A DNA stretch of 64,000 bases from SAR86 cluster bacterium (GCA_028135785.1 JAOIHS010000001.1:63194-127193), one strand, 5' to 3'; counted from the first letter of the stretch, positions 1 to 9,980 are shown. The notes: generated by a model from the sequence alone, not told the origin. Translations and numbers: made by a program.

Positions 1-953
1 AAACTATCTTTACAAGCTAAAATAAGACGATCTATTCCAAACGAAAGTCCTATTGCTGGGGTATCTCTACCCCCTAATTTTTTAGACAAACCATCATATC
101 TTCCACCTGCACAAAAGGCACTTTGACTGCCTAAAGTTTCTGATTTCCATTCAAAAACAATATCATTGTAATAATCAAGTCCTCTAACTAAGTTATGGTT
201 TTCTAGATAGTTAATTCCAAAATCATCTAATAACTTTTTTAAATTATTATATCTTTCAGCAGATTCTTGAGAGTAAAAATCTGAAACCTTTGGCGCATTC
301 GCTAAAATATTTTGTGTTTCTATTATTTTTGAATCTAGTATTCTTATAGGATTTGTATCCAATCTTTTTTGACTATCTTCGTCTAATTCATCTGTAAATG
401 GTGTCAGATATTTAACTAGTTCTAAAGAAAACTTATCTTGCGCTTCTTTAGAGCCTAAAGAATTTATTTCAAGAGATGCATCAGGAATTTTAAAATATGA
501 AGTAATTCTTTCTACAATTTGGATAAGCTCAAGTTCGATTGAGACACTATCGTTACCATAAGCTTCGGCACTAAATTGATAAAATTCTCTATTTCTTCCT
601 TTCTGAGGTCTTTCATATCTATACATTGGTCCATGATAAAAAAGTCTTTGTTGTCCTTTATCGAGCAAGCCTTGTTCAATTGAAGCTCTCATACACCCTG
701 CAGTGCCTTCTGGTCTCAGCGTCATAGATTTTTTGCTTTTACTATCAAAAGTGAACATTTCTTTATGAACAATATCAGTCTCGTCTCCTACTGATCTTTT
801 AAAAAGATCTGTATTTTCTATTATGGGGAGTCTAATCTCTGAATATGAATAGCTTTTTAAAGTGTGAGTGATTTTTTCAATTACTTCGCTCCATAGTGAT
901 GATTCATCTAAAGGAACATCGTGCATACCTCTTACTTTTTGAAATTTACTCAT
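1..953 (-). CDS. hisS: histidine--tRNA ligase (N-terminal ~317 aa; 3' end lies beyond window start)
   Basis: Own translation from the ATG at 953-951 gives [24 protein letters not shown]...[10 protein letters not shown]...[18 protein letters not shown]. The start overlaps the ispG stop as ATGA. ispG-hisS synteny is conserved. Confidence 0.9.
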   Translation of the reverse strand, partial: MSKFQKVRGMHDVPLDESSLWSEVIEKITHTLKSYSYSEIRLPIIENTDLFKRSVGDETDIVHKEMFTFDSKSKKSMTLRPEGTAGCMRASIEQGLLDKGQQRLFYHGPMYRYERPQKGRNREFYQFSAEAYGNDSVSIELELIQIVERITSYFKIPDASLEINSLGSKEAQDKFSLELVKYLTPFTDELDEDSQKRLDTNPIRILDSKIIETQNILANAPKVSDFYSQESAERYNNLKKLLDDFGINYLENHNLVRGLDYYNDIVFEWKSETLGSQSAFCAGGRYDGLSKKLGGRDTPAIGLSFGIDRLILACKDS

Positions 954-2098
954 GATTTGGCAATTAGTTTTTCTTCACTTTCTTGTATTAATTTAACCTT
1001 TTCTCTAACCAACCCTTCTAGGTGATTAACAATATCGTCATTTTCTATTTTATGAGCGGGAGAGCCATCTATATAAATTAAACTTCTTGGTGATGCTCCA
1101 GTAAGACCCACATGAGCTGCCTTAGATTCGCCAGGTCCATTAACGTAACAACCTATAACAGCCACATCTATAGACTCTTTAATGTCTTCAAGTCTAACTT
1201 CTAATTCATTCATGGTTTTTATGACATCAAAATTTTGTCTGGAACAGCTTGGACATGCAATAAAATTTATTCCTTTTTTTCTTAAGCCTAGAGATTTCAG
1301 AATATCAAAACCTACTTTAATTTCATCTACTGGATCAGAGGCTAAAGAAACTCTTAGGGTATCCCCTATACCCTCTCTTAATAACTCTCCAATAGCTATT
1401 GCAGATTTTACTGTTCCAGATCTAAATCCACCAGCCTCTGTAAGTCCTAGGTGTAAAGGCTGTTTTATCTCTTTAGCTATTAATCTGTAGCTTTCCGTCA
1501 TCATAAATATATTTGATGCTTTGATGCTTAACTTGAATTGATCAAAATTAAGTTTTAATAATATTTCAACATGGGCCATAGCTGATTCAAACAACGCTTC
1601 TGGACAAGGCTCTCCATACTTTTTTTGTAATTTTTTTTCTAAAGAGCCAGCATTTACGCCAATTCTAATAGGTACTCCATGATGCTCTGCACAACTTACA
1701 ACTTCCTTCACTTTTTTTTCTGATCCTATATTTCCAGGATTAATTCTTAAGCAATCTGCGCCGGCCTCTGCTACTGCAATTGCAATTTTATAGTCAAAGT
1801 GAATATCAGCGACTAAAGGGACATTAACCTTCTTTTTTATTTCTCTAAATGCATCTACAGCCTCGAAGGATGGGGTAGAAACTCTAACTATATCTGCTCC
1901 AACATCTTCTAATTTAAGGATTTGAGCCACAGTAGCATCAACATCTTCCGTATTTGAATTTGTCATGCTCTGAACGGAAATAGGAGAATCTCCTCCTACA
2001 GGAACGCTGCCAACGTTTATTAAGGAAGACTTTCTTCTTGTAATTTTAGTCTTTAATTGATTCAATTTTATTTCCTTCTTGAAATCTAAAATGAGCAT
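950..2098 (-). CDS. ispG: 4-hydroxy-3-methylbut-2-en-1-yl diphosphate synthase (flavodoxin)
   Basis: The ORF contains [34 protein letters not shown] and GCYVNGPGE Fe-S motifs. An alternative TTG start at 2065, preceded by AAGGAA, gives the usual N-terminal length and cuts the rodZ overlap from 53 to 20 nt. Confidence 0.93.
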   Translation of the reverse strand: MLILDFKKEIKLNQLKTKITRRKSSLINVGSVPVGGDSPISVQSMTNSNTEDVDATVAQILKLEDVGADIVRVSTPSFEAVDAFREIKKKVNVPLVADIHFDYKIAIAVAEAGADCLRINPGNIGSEKKVKEVVSCAEHHGVPIRIGVNAGSLEKKLQKKYGEPCPEALFESAMAHVEILLKLNFDQFKLSIKASNIFMMTESYRLIAKEIKQPLHLGLTEAGGFRSGTVKSAIAIGELLREGIGDTLRVSLASDPVDEIKVGFDILKSLGLRKKGINFIACPSCSRQNFDVIKTMNELEVRLEDIKESIDVAVIGCYVNGPGESKAAHVGLTGASPRSLIYIDGSPAHKIENDDIVNHLEGLVREKVKLIQESEEKLIAKS

Positions 2099-2882
2099 AC
2101 TTAGATGAGCTTTTTATAGCTTTTGTAAAATCCAATTCTTTTTTATTTATAAAAATTTTTACAGATGGCGAGTGACCAATTTGAAAAATTAAAGGTGAAA
2201 ACCCTTTTATCTCATAGTTTCCAGTTTGCATTAGCTCATATAATAAATTTTTTTCATTTTTATCTTTCACAACAATCCAACTTTCTCCGTCAACCTCGAT
2301 ATTAATTAATTGCTCTTCTAAGAGTTTTAATTTAACAGATTTATCTTCAGCAGATTTAATTTCATTATCAATTATTTTTATTGCTTCTGCCTCCAGGACA
2401 GCAAACCCATTGTCTTCTGATGAAACTAACTCACAACTTCCATCAACAGTTATCTCTGAGCAATCAGGATTTATATCCACTGAAGAATTATCTCTGGCAA
2501 ATAGAATTAACAATAAGAACAATATGAAAATAAAAAAACTTAATATCTTGGGTAGTAAATTTTTTGCTTCTAAAATATTTAATAATTTTGTCTTTAAACT
2601 AATATCTGAAACATTTACCAGCTCGTTTATATTATTTATTTTTTTTCCTTGTAGATAAAAATCATATGCCTCTAAACACTCTACAGGATCAATTTCTAAA
2701 AAATTAAAATAAGTCTGGATGTGGAACTTTGAATAAATCTCAGCAGGAAATGAATTAAAATCTCCTATTTCAAGTGAGGATAGGAAGCTTGCAGGAATTT
2801 TAGTTTTTTTTGAACAGTCCTCTATAGTGAGGCCTTTGGATGACCTCATTTCACCTATCTGAGATTTCCAATTAAGCTTCAT
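2046..2882 (-). CDS. rodZ: cytoskeleton protein RodZ-like (N-terminal HTH, one TM, C-terminal DUF4115-like domain)
   Basis: The architecture is an N-terminal HTH-like region ([29 protein letters not shown]), a TM segment ([16 protein letters not shown]) and a beta-rich C-terminus. It sits between ndk and ispG, as rodZ does in E. coli. Confidence 0.7.
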   Translation of the reverse strand: MKLNWKSQIGEMRSSKGLTIEDCSKKTKIPASFLSSLEIGDFNSFPAEIYSKFHIQTYFNFLEIDPVECLEAYDFYLQGKKINNINELVNVSDISLKTKLLNILEAKNLLPKILSFFIFILFLLLILFARDNSSVDINPDCSEITVDGSCELVSSEDNGFAVLEAEAIKIIDNEIKSAEDKSVKLKLLEEQLINIEVDGESWIVVKDKNEKNLLYELMQTGNYEIKGFSPLIFQIGHSPSVKIFINKKELDFTKAIKSSSKYAHFRFQEGNKIESIKD

Positions 2883-2891
2883 TTTCCTATC

Positions 2892-3296
2892 TTAGAAAAT
2901 ATCCGACATTATGTTTATTTCTCTTTCTGCAGAATCAAGAGAGTCAGATCCATGAACAGCATTTTTTGAAAGAGATTCAGCAAATAAAGCTCTCAATGTT
3001 CCTTCATCAGCTTCTGCAGGATTTGTTGCTCCCATTAAGCCTCTATAAGCTTTAATTGCATTTTCCCCTTCTAAAATTTGAACTACTGCTTCGCCAGAAG
3101 TCATAAAATCAACTAATTCTCCAAAAAATGGTCTTTCAGAATGCTCTGCATAAAATTCTTCAGCTATTTGTCTTGTTATTAGTATTTGCTTAGAGTTAAT
3201 AATTGTCAGCCCATGACTTGAAATTTTTTCATTTATCTTATCTGAAAATCCGTTTGCAACAGCATCTGGTTTTATAATACAAAGCGTTTTTTCCAT
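2892..3296 (-). CDS. ndk: nucleoside-diphosphate kinase
   Basis: [13 protein letters not shown]...NAVHGSDS (active-site His region); 134 aa. Confidence 0.95.
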   Translation of the reverse strand: MEKTLCIIKPDAVANGFSDKINEKISSHGLTIINSKQILITRQIAEEFYAEHSERPFFGELVDFMTSGEAVVQILEGENAIKAYRGLMGATNPAEADEGTLRALFAESLSKNAVHGSDSLDSAEREINIMSDIF

Positions 3297-3319
3297 ATTT
3301 CTTCCTTATAGTTTTATTG

Positions 3320-3514
3320 TTAATCTGCTTCTTCGATCCACAGAGATTGAATAGCTTCTAAAATCCTTTCTCCACATTTTTCTGGATCATCATCAAATTC
3401 TTCTAAAGAGCACACCATATTCATAAGGTCAGTAAAAAGCAAGGCTTTAGGGTCTTGATCTGGGTACTTATCAATCAAACAGTAAACAATCTCTTGTATT
3501 TCAATCCACTTCAT
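3320..3514 (-). CDS. iscX: Fe-S assembly protein IscX
   Basis: A 64-aa acidic protein (MKWIEIQEIVYCLIDKYPDQDP...) located directly after fdx in the isc cluster. Confidence 0.85.
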   Translation of the reverse strand: MKWIEIQEIVYCLIDKYPDQDPKALLFTDLMNMVCSLEEFDDDPEKCGERILEAIQSLWIEEAD

Positions 3515-3517
3515 ATT

Positions 3518-3859
3518 TTAGTGAGGATGCTCAGAAACCATATTGATATTATATTTTGGAATTTCTATAGTTAAATCTTCATTTTCGATTATTATTTGGC
3601 AACTCAATCTAGATCTAAGTTCTAATCCCCATGCTTTATCTAATAAGTCTTCTTCAGTTTCAGATGCTTCATTTAGTTTGCTATACCCTTCAATTACAAC
3701 TACATGGCATGTAGTACATGCACATGACAATTCGCAAGCATGTTCAATATTTACATCATTGTTTAACATTGCTTCACAAAGAGATGTTCCAGATTGAGCT
3801 TCAAATTCAATTCCATCTGGGCATAGCTCGGGATGAGGCTTAATTATTACTTTCGGCAT
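3518..3859 (-). CDS. fdx: ISC-type [2Fe-2S] ferredoxin
   Basis: Adrenodoxin-type Cys pattern CELSCACTTCHV...SCQI; located within the isc cluster. Confidence 0.9.
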   Translation of the reverse strand: MPKVIIKPHPELCPDGIEFEAQSGTSLCEAMLNNDVNIEHACELSCACTTCHVVVIEGYSKLNEASETEEDLLDKAWGLELRSRLSCQIIIENEDLTIEIPKYNINMVSEHPH

Positions 3860-4221
3860 TAGATGCTAAAGCTTTCGCCGCATCCACATTGAGCAGAGAC
3901 ATTGGGGTTTATAAAAGTTAAGTTTGAATTAACCCCTTCTTTAATAAAATCAACTGTAGTGCCGTTAATAAAAGTAAAGCTTTTTTCGTCAATAAGGACC
4001 TTAAAATCTTCAAAAGAAAATTCTAAATCATTTGATTCTATTTCGTCTGCAAACTCTAGAAAATACGCATAGCCTGAACAACCGGAGTCTCTTATTCCAA
4101 TTCTTATAGCAGCTTTATCTTTTCCATCCAAAAGAGATTTAATATGCTTTTGAGCGGAATCAGTAAAATCTAGGTGCTTATTGGTTGTGTTTCCTGTGAC
4201 TGTCATTGTCCTCGAAATCAA
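3859..4221 (-). CDS. iscA: iron-sulfur cluster insertion protein IscA
   Basis: SGCSGYAY and C-terminal CGCGESFSI motifs. The true start may be the Met at 4206. Either start overlaps the iscU 3' end. Confidence 0.9.
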   Translation of the reverse strand: MISRTMTVTGNTTNKHLDFTDSAQKHIKSLLDGKDKAAIRIGIRDSGCSGYAYFLEFADEIESNDLEFSFEDFKVLIDEKSFTFINGTTVDFIKEGVNSNLTFINPNVSAQCGCGESFSI

Positions 4222-4612
4222 TTATTGCTTTCTTGATTGCTTCCTCAGCAAGAACGCTACAATGAATCTTGATTGGGGGAAGCTCAAGAATATCGACTAT
4301 TTCTTTGTTACAAATTTCTTTAGCTTCATCAATAGTTTTACCTTTGAGCATATCAATCAATTGTCCGCTTGAGGCTATAGCTGAACCGCATCCATAAGTT
4401 TTAAACTTAGCATCTACAATTCTTTTAACTCCATCTTGATCCTCACATTTAATCTGTAATTTCATAACATCTCCACAAGCAGGAGCACCTACAATACCTG
4501 TTCCGACCTTGTCGAAGTCTTTATCGCCTGGTTTCCATCTGCCGACACTTGCCGCCTCTGGATTTTTTAAAGTTTTTTCAAACTTTTCAACTACTTTGTT
4601 TGAATATGCCAT
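4178..4612 (-). CDS. iscU: Fe-S cluster assembly scaffold IscU
   Basis: GAPACGDVMKL, YGCGSAIASS and IHCSVLAEEA scaffold Cys motifs. Confidence 0.95.
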   Translation of the reverse strand: MAYSNKVVEKFEKTLKNPEAASVGRWKPGDKDFDKVGTGIVGAPACGDVMKLQIKCEDQDGVKRIVDAKFKTYGCGSAIASSGQLIDMLKGKTIDEAKEICNKEIVDILELPPIKIHCSVLAEEAIKKAIIDFEDNDSHRKHNQ

Positions 4613-4632
4613 TTTTAAAGCTCCCTAATTAC

Positions 4633-5838
4633 TTATGCCCATTCTATCTTACTTATGTCCACACCATCTTGATACATTTCCCATAATGGAGAAATTTCTC
4701 TTAATTGATGAACCGAAGTCTTTACAAGATCTATCGTAAAATCAATGTCCTTTTCAGTTGTAAATCTTCCAAATGAAAATCTAATTGAGCTATGAGCTAA
4801 CTCATCTGGTCTTCCGAGAGCTCTTAATACATATGAAGGCTCTAAACTTGCCGACGTACATGCCGATCCTGATGAAACTGCGATATGCTTTAAAGCCATT
4901 ATTAGAGATTCACCCTCGACATAATTAAAAGAAAGGTTAAATATACCTGGATAACCTTCTTCAAGATTTCCATTTACATAAATTTCTTCCATATCTTTCA
5001 AGCCATCATATAGCCTATTCTTTAGAGAATTTATTTTTTTAAAATCACTATCCATATCTTCTTTAGCAACTTTGAAACATTCGCCCATTCCGACAATTTG
5101 GTGGGTAGGCAATGTACCTGCTCTTATTCCTCTTTCTTGACCGCCGCCATGAAAAAGAGCTTGGAGTCTGACTCGAGGTTTTCTTTGAATATAGAGTGCG
5201 CCTATACCTTTGGGTCCATATATTTTGTGAGCTGAAAAAGACATCAAGTCGACTTTCAATTCATTTAAATCTATTGGTATTTTTCCAGCACTTTGTGCTG
5301 CATCCACGTGAAACAAGACGCCCTTTTCTCTTGTTATTTCGCCAATTTTTGCAATATCTGTAATGACGCCTATTTCATTATTAAGATGCATTAAGGAAAC
5401 CATGCAAGTATCTTCTCTAATAGCTTCATTAACTTGTTCAGGAGTAACAGCTCCGAATTCATTTGTTTCAAGATAGGTAACTTCAAAGCCTTCTTTTTCT
5501 AATTGTCTGCAAGTATCTAACACAGCCTTATGCTCTATTTTACAAGTTACTATGTGCTTTCCTTTGTCTTGATAAAAATAGGCTGCTCCTTTAATCGCTA
5601 AATTATCTGACTCAGTTGCTCCAGAAGTAAAAATTATCTCTCTAGGGTCGCAATTTACTAATTCAGCTACATTTAGTCTAGACTCTTCAATGAGCTCTTC
5701 TGCTTTCCAGCCAAATGAATGAGATCTTGATCCTGCGTTACCAAAATTACCGTCAAATGAAAGACAGTCTTTCATTTTATCTATAACTCTAGAATCTACT
5801 GGAGTTGTTGAAGCGTAATCTAAATATATTGGTTCCAT
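4633..5838 (-). CDS. iscS: cysteine desulfurase IscS
   Basis: [16 protein letters not shown]-terminus, PLP-Lys motif [10 protein letters not shown] and active-site loop SSGSACTS. Confidence 0.95.
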   Translation of the reverse strand: MEPIYLDYASTTPVDSRVIDKMKDCLSFDGNFGNAGSRSHSFGWKAEELIEESRLNVAELVNCDPREIIFTSGATESDNLAIKGAAYFYQDKGKHIVTCKIEHKAVLDTCRQLEKEGFEVTYLETNEFGAVTPEQVNEAIREDTCMVSLMHLNNEIGVITDIAKIGEITREKGVLFHVDAAQSAGKIPIDLNELKVDLMSFSAHKIYGPKGIGALYIQRKPRVRLQALFHGGGQERGIRAGTLPTHQIVGMGECFKVAKEDMDSDFKKINSLKNRLYDGLKDMEEIYVNGNLEEGYPGIFNLSFNYVEGESLIMALKHIAVSSGSACTSASLEPSYVLRALGRPDELAHSSIRFSFGRFTTEKDIDFTIDLVKTSVHQLREISPLWEMYQDGVDISKIEWA

Positions 5839-5844
5839 ACCATC

Positions 5845-5872
5845 ATTATGTTGTTTAAAACTATTAATACAA
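5845..5872 (-). promoter_or_regulatory. candidate sigma70 promoter of iscS (TTGTAT-16 nt-CATAAT), predicting a near-leaderless transcript
   Basis: On the minus strand: TTGTAT (5872-5867), a 16-nt spacer, then CATAAT (5850-5845). The A of the iscS ATG (5838) is the 7th nt after the -10 element. No SD is visible. Confidence 0.3.
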
Positions 5873-5881
5873 GGTCAGGTA

Positions 5882-5986
5882 CATCAGATAAGGTTAATAA
5901 AATGCAGAGAGGACCTTACTACGAGATTAAGGTACAGGAAAGTCAGTTATTTGTCCAATTAGCTGGATGCATCAGATATAGGTAAT
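5882..5986 (+). repeat. two copies of a 17-nt direct repeat CATCAGATA(T)AGGT(T)AAT (5882-5898 and 5970-5986)
   Basis: Read directly from the sequence. The repeats lie in the GC-richer spacer between iscS and the oxidoreductase gene. Confidence 0.6.
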
Positions 5987-6117
5987 CGAGCTTTACTTAG
6001 AACCTTTATTTATATAACATTTGATTAGATTTTAACTAATCTCTGCTATGTTAAAAAAGGTACAAACAAAATTGTTAGCTGCAAGCGAGATTCATCCTAT
6101 TTTGGATAATCGGCGCC

Positions 6118-6300
6118 GTGGAAGATAAAAAATACTTATTCAAGAGAAATAACACTTGGTGGGTCAAAGTTGCTGTTCCTAAATCCTTACGAAATGAATT
6201 TGGTTTCGATCTTCGACAAACTACTGGCGAATCTGATTTGGAAAATGCCTTAAAATACAGAGACAAGATTGTTGAAAGTCTAAAATCTAAATTTAAGAGA
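6118..6300 (+). mobile_element. tyrosine-integrase N-terminal (arm-type DNA-binding/DUF6538-like) remnant, fused in frame to the following gene
   Basis: GTG-EDKKYLFKRNNTWWVKVAVPKSLRNEFGFDLRQTTGESDLENALKYRDKIVESLKSKF matches the yL.kR..tWy.r..vPk.Lr...G...sLgt.d...A pattern of integrase N-termini. No catalytic domain follows. Confidence 0.45.
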
Positions 6301-8130
6301 GATGGCCGTGAACTTTCATTATCTTCAGCCAAGTATTTAGAAAAAACTGATATATCGAACCCTCAATACTTTCACAAAGTTGTTGACTGCCAATACGCTT
6401 GCCCTGCTCACACTAATGTTCCTGAATATATAAGACTTATTGCTCAAAAAAAATATACAGATGCTTATATGCTTAATTGGGAATCAAATGTGTTTCCTGG
6501 AATCCTTGGAAGAGTTTGTGATAGACCTTGTGAGCCAGCTTGCAGAAGAGGAAGAACTCATGACAAAGCTGTTGCAATCTGTCGTTTAAAAAGAGTTACG
6601 TATGATCATAAAGGTGATATTGAGAGTTATTTACCTGAAATACCTTCTGAAAAAAATGGTAAAAAAATTGCTCTTATTGGAGGTGGTCCTGCTTCTCTTA
6701 CTGTAGCGAGAGATCTTTTGCCGCTTGGATACGATTGTACAATTTTTGAAAAAGATCATAAGCCTGGGGGTTTGATGAGGACAAATATCCCATCTTTTAG
6801 ACTTCCTGAAGACGTATTAGATGAAGAAATATATAGAGTAGTTGAAATGGGAGCAACATTAAAAACTAACTCATATATAGATAAATTGAGCCCTCTTTTA
6901 AAGGAATTTGATTCAGTTTTTGTTGGAACTGGCGCGCCTAAAGGAAAAGATTTGAATATTATAGGTCGATCTAAAGCCTCTAAAAATATTCATATAGGTA
7001 TAGATTGGCTCACTAGTATAGCTTTCGAACATGTTAAAAAAATTGGCAAAAAGGTTATTGTTATCGGTGGAGGAAATACCGCAATGGATTGTTGTAGATC
7101 TGCTATTAGATTGGGTGCTAAAGACGTGAAAGTAACTGTTAGAAGTCCTTATTCTCAAATGAAAGCGTCAGAATGGGAAATAGAAGAAACTCAAGAAGAA
7201 GGCATACCTATTTTAGACAACACTTCTCCTAAAGAATTCTTATATGACGATAAAGGAAAGCTTTGTGGAATGAAATTTGAAAAAATGACGCAAATAGAGA
7301 TTGACGGTAGAAAAAAGATGCGACCTACTGGAGAAGAAATTATTTTTGAGTGTGATGATGTGCTTTTAGCAATAGGTCAGGAAAATGCCTTTCCCTGGAT
7401 TGAAAAAGATATAGGTATCGAGTTTGGTGATTGGGAAATGCCAATTGTTGATAAATTAACTATGCAATCAACACATCCAAAGGTATTTTTTGGCGGTGAC
7501 TCGGCTTGGGGTCCTGAAAATATCATTTGGGCAGTTGCTCATGGACATCAAGCAGCTATTTCAATTGATAACTTTTGTTCAGAAATAAGTTTAAAAGAAA
7601 GACCTGATCCAATGACTAATCTTGTTAGTCAAAAAATGGGTATACATGAATGGTCGTATGACAATGATATTTCTCAAGCTCAAAGATATGTCGTGCCTCA
7701 TGCTGAAATGTCAAAGTCACTAAAAGATTTAAAAACAGAAGTTGAATTAGGTTTTGATGAAGAAATGGCTTTAGAAGAAGCTCAAAGATGTCTGAATTGT
7801 GATATGCAAACTGTATTTGAAGATGATCTTTGTATTGAATGTGATGCTTGCGTTGATATATGTCCTACCGATTGCATCAATTTTATTGATAATGATACTG
7901 AAGAAAAAATAAGAGATAAATTAAGAGTTCCCGCAATTAATTTAGATCAAAGTTTATATGTTTCTGGAAAGCTAAAAACTGGAAGGAGAATGGTTAAAGA
8001 TGAAGACATGTGTGTGCATTGTGGTCTGTGTGCTGAAAGGTGCCCTACTGGTGCATGGGATATAAAAAGGAATTCTTATAAAGAATCAAACACCTTAAGC
8101 AAAAGAATAACAACTAAAGAAATTGCCTGA
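6118..8130 (+). CDS. GltD-like FAD/NAD(P)H oxidoreductase with N-terminal Fe-S Cys motifs and a C-terminal 2x[4Fe-4S] ferredoxin domain (KorC-like electron-transfer subunit)
   Basis: CQYACPAHT and CDRPCEPACRRG motifs; two dinucleotide-binding folds (IALIGGGPASL, VIVIGGGNTAMDC); C-terminal CIECDACVDICP and CVHCGLCAERCP. Its TGA overlaps the korA-like ATG as TGATG. Confidence 0.8.
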   Translation: MEDKKYLFKRNNTWWVKVAVPKSLRNEFGFDLRQTTGESDLENALKYRDKIVESLKSKFKRDGRELSLSSAKYLEKTDISNPQYFHKVVDCQYACPAHTNVPEYIRLIAQKKYTDAYMLNWESNVFPGILGRVCDRPCEPACRRGRTHDKAVAICRLKRVTYDHKGDIESYLPEIPSEKNGKKIALIGGGPASLTVARDLLPLGYDCTIFEKDHKPGGLMRTNIPSFRLPEDVLDEEIYRVVEMGATLKTNSYIDKLSPLLKEFDSVFVGTGAPKGKDLNIIGRSKASKNIHIGIDWLTSIAFEHVKKIGKKVIVIGGGNTAMDCCRSAIRLGAKDVKVTVRSPYSQMKASEWEIEETQEEGIPILDNTSPKEFLYDDKGKLCGMKFEKMTQIEIDGRKKMRPTGEEIIFECDDVLLAIGQENAFPWIEKDIGIEFGDWEMPIVDKLTMQSTHPKVFFGGDSAWGPENIIWAVAHGHQAAISIDNFCSEISLKERPDPMTNLVSQKMGIHEWSYDNDISQAQRYVVPHAEMSKSLKDLKTEVELGFDEEMALEEAQRCLNCDMQTVFEDDLCIECDACVDICPTDCINFIDNDTEEKIRDKLRVPAINLDQSLYVSGKLKTGRRMVKDEDMCVHCGLCAERCPTGAWDIKRNSYKESNTLSKRITTKEIA

Positions 8131-9974
8131 TGCATAATTTAAAAAAAATAGAATCAATAAGCGCAGTAAATGATTTTGTTATTAAGTTTGCTAATGTTAA
8201 TGGTTCTGGATCTGCTAGTGCAAATCAAATGTTTGCTAAGGCCATGTTTAGAATGGGTATACCAGTTAGTCCAAAAAATATTTTTCCATCAAATATTCAA
8301 GGTCTTCCTACTTGGTTCGAAGTTAGAGTAAATGAAAATGGGTACTTAGGAAGCAGAGGTGGAGTTGATATAGCTGTTGCAATGAATCCGCAAAGCTACT
8401 CTAAAGATGTAGAAGAAATTTCTCCAGGTGGATTCTTGCTTTATGACTCAACATGGAAAAGAAATTTTAATAGAGACGATATTACAATTATTGAAATTCC
8501 ATTTACTCAATTATGTGTAGATTCTTTTAAAAATCCAAAACAAAGGGCTTTGTTTAAAAATATTGCTTACGTTGGAGCACTCTCAGCTCTTTTAGAAATA
8601 GAATATAAAGTACTAGAGACTTTAATTTCTGAACAATTTGAAAAAAAACCGTCATTAATCGAACCTAATTTAAAAGCTTTAAACCTGGGTAGAGATTATG
8701 TCATTGAAAACTTATCGTTCCCTATTGGAATAACAGTTTCTAGATCAGATAAATTAGAAAATAAGATTTTAATAACAGGAAATGAAGCTGCTGGATTGGG
8801 TGCTGTTTATGGAGGTGCTACTTTTTGTTCTTGGTATCCAATAACGCCTTCCACATCTTTAGCTGAAGGTTTTGAGAAGTATGCTAAAAAATATCGCATA
8901 GAAAAAGAAACAGGAAAAAATCTTTTTGCAAGTGTGCAAGCTGAGGATGAATTGGCTGCAATTGGAATGGCTATTGGGGCAAATTGGAATGGAGCAAGAG
9001 CTTTTACTGCTACAAGCGGTCCTGGAATCTCACTAATGAGTGAATTTCTTGGTCTTGCGTATTTTGCAGAAATTCCTTTGGTTCTTTTCAACGTTCAAAG
9101 AGGAGGTCCTTCGACTGGAATGCCTACCAGAACACAACAGTCAGATATTTTAGCATGCGCCTATGCTTCACATGGTGATACAAAACATATTCTTCTTTTT
9201 CCTTCCGATCCTAAAGAATGTTTCGACTTTGCTGCTAAAGCTTTTGATCTTGCAGATCAACTACAGACTCCAGTATTTGTAGTCAGTGATTTAGATATGG
9301 GAATGAATGATTGGGTGTGTGATAAATTCGAGTGGGATGATAAATACACCTTCAATAAAGGAAAAGTTTTATCAAAAGATGATCTAGATGAAATGGAAAA
9401 TTACGGTAGATATTTAGATGTTGATAATGATGGAATCTGTTATCGCACTTATCCAGGAACACATCCTGAAAAAGGGGCTTTCTTCACCAGAGGAACATCT
9501 CATGATGAATTTGCAAGATATACTGAAGATGGAGATATAAATGCAGCAACTTTAACTCGGTTGATGAAAAAATTTAGAACAGCATCTGAAATAGTTCCAG
9601 AACCAGTTATAGAAATTAATGGAGAAAATAGTTGTGGCGTTATTTTCTATGGAAGTACTTCTCCTGCAATTCAAGAAGCTAAAGATTTACTGAAAGAAAA
9701 AGGAATCAATATCGATCTAATGCAGATTAGATCCTTTCCTTTTAATTTAGATGTTTGGGAGTTCATTGCTAACCATGATCGTATTTATGTTGTTGAACAA
9801 AATAGAGATAGTCAAATGAGAACTCTAATAATGGCTGAAGGAGGAATCTCTCCTGAAATCTTAAGACCATTAGTTCATTTTACTGGCGATCCAATTCAGG
9901 CAAGTTTTATTGTTAATAAAATTTCAGAAAGAGAAGTAAATTATAAATCTCACATAAATGCAAAAAAACGCTAA
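8130..9974 (+). CDS. korA: 2-oxoacid:acceptor oxidoreductase subunit alpha (KorA-like)
   Basis: 614 aa. The N-terminus NGSGSASANQMFAKAMFRMGIPV (gamma-like domain) is fused to the alpha domain (TGNEAAGLGAVYGG...YPITPST). Confidence 0.85.
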   Translation: MHNLKKIESISAVNDFVIKFANVNGSGSASANQMFAKAMFRMGIPVSPKNIFPSNIQGLPTWFEVRVNENGYLGSRGGVDIAVAMNPQSYSKDVEEISPGGFLLYDSTWKRNFNRDDITIIEIPFTQLCVDSFKNPKQRALFKNIAYVGALSALLEIEYKVLETLISEQFEKKPSLIEPNLKALNLGRDYVIENLSFPIGITVSRSDKLENKILITGNEAAGLGAVYGGATFCSWYPITPSTSLAEGFEKYAKKYRIEKETGKNLFASVQAEDELAAIGMAIGANWNGARAFTATSGPGISLMSEFLGLAYFAEIPLVLFNVQRGGPSTGMPTRTQQSDILACAYASHGDTKHILLFPSDPKECFDFAAKAFDLADQLQTPVFVVSDLDMGMNDWVCDKFEWDDKYTFNKGKVLSKDDLDEMENYGRYLDVDNDGICYRTYPGTHPEKGAFFTRGTSHDEFARYTEDGDINAATLTRLMKKFRTASEIVPEPVIEINGENSCGVIFYGSTSPAIQEAKDLLKEKGINIDLMQIRSFPFNLDVWEFIANHDRIYVVEQNRDSQMRTLIMAEGGISPEILRPLVHFTGDPIQASFIVNKISEREVNYKSHINAKKR

Positions 9975-9980
9975 ATATTT

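Noticed and set aside
5871-5917. GGTCAGGT followed by AAGG, superficially like the SRP (4.5S) RNA domain IV, and an AAGGTC/GACCTT 6-bp inverted repeat.
   Set aside because: The GNRA tetraloop and the symmetric/asymmetric loop consensus (GGAA...AGCAGC) are absent, and the flanks cannot form the long 4.5S hairpin.
5902-5985. A 27-codon sORF (MQRGPYYEIKVQESQLFVQLAGCIRYR) in the iscS/oxidoreductase spacer, with AAGG 10 nt upstream.
   Set aside because: It is too short and unsupported to call, and the SD spacing is poor. I use it only as an indicator that the spacer has host-atypical (GC3-richer) composition.
6075-6332. An 85-aa minus-strand ORF overlapping the start of the oxidoreductase gene.
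   Set aside because: It is antisense to the integrase-like/oxidoreductase reading frame, which has clear protein-family signal. This ORF has none.
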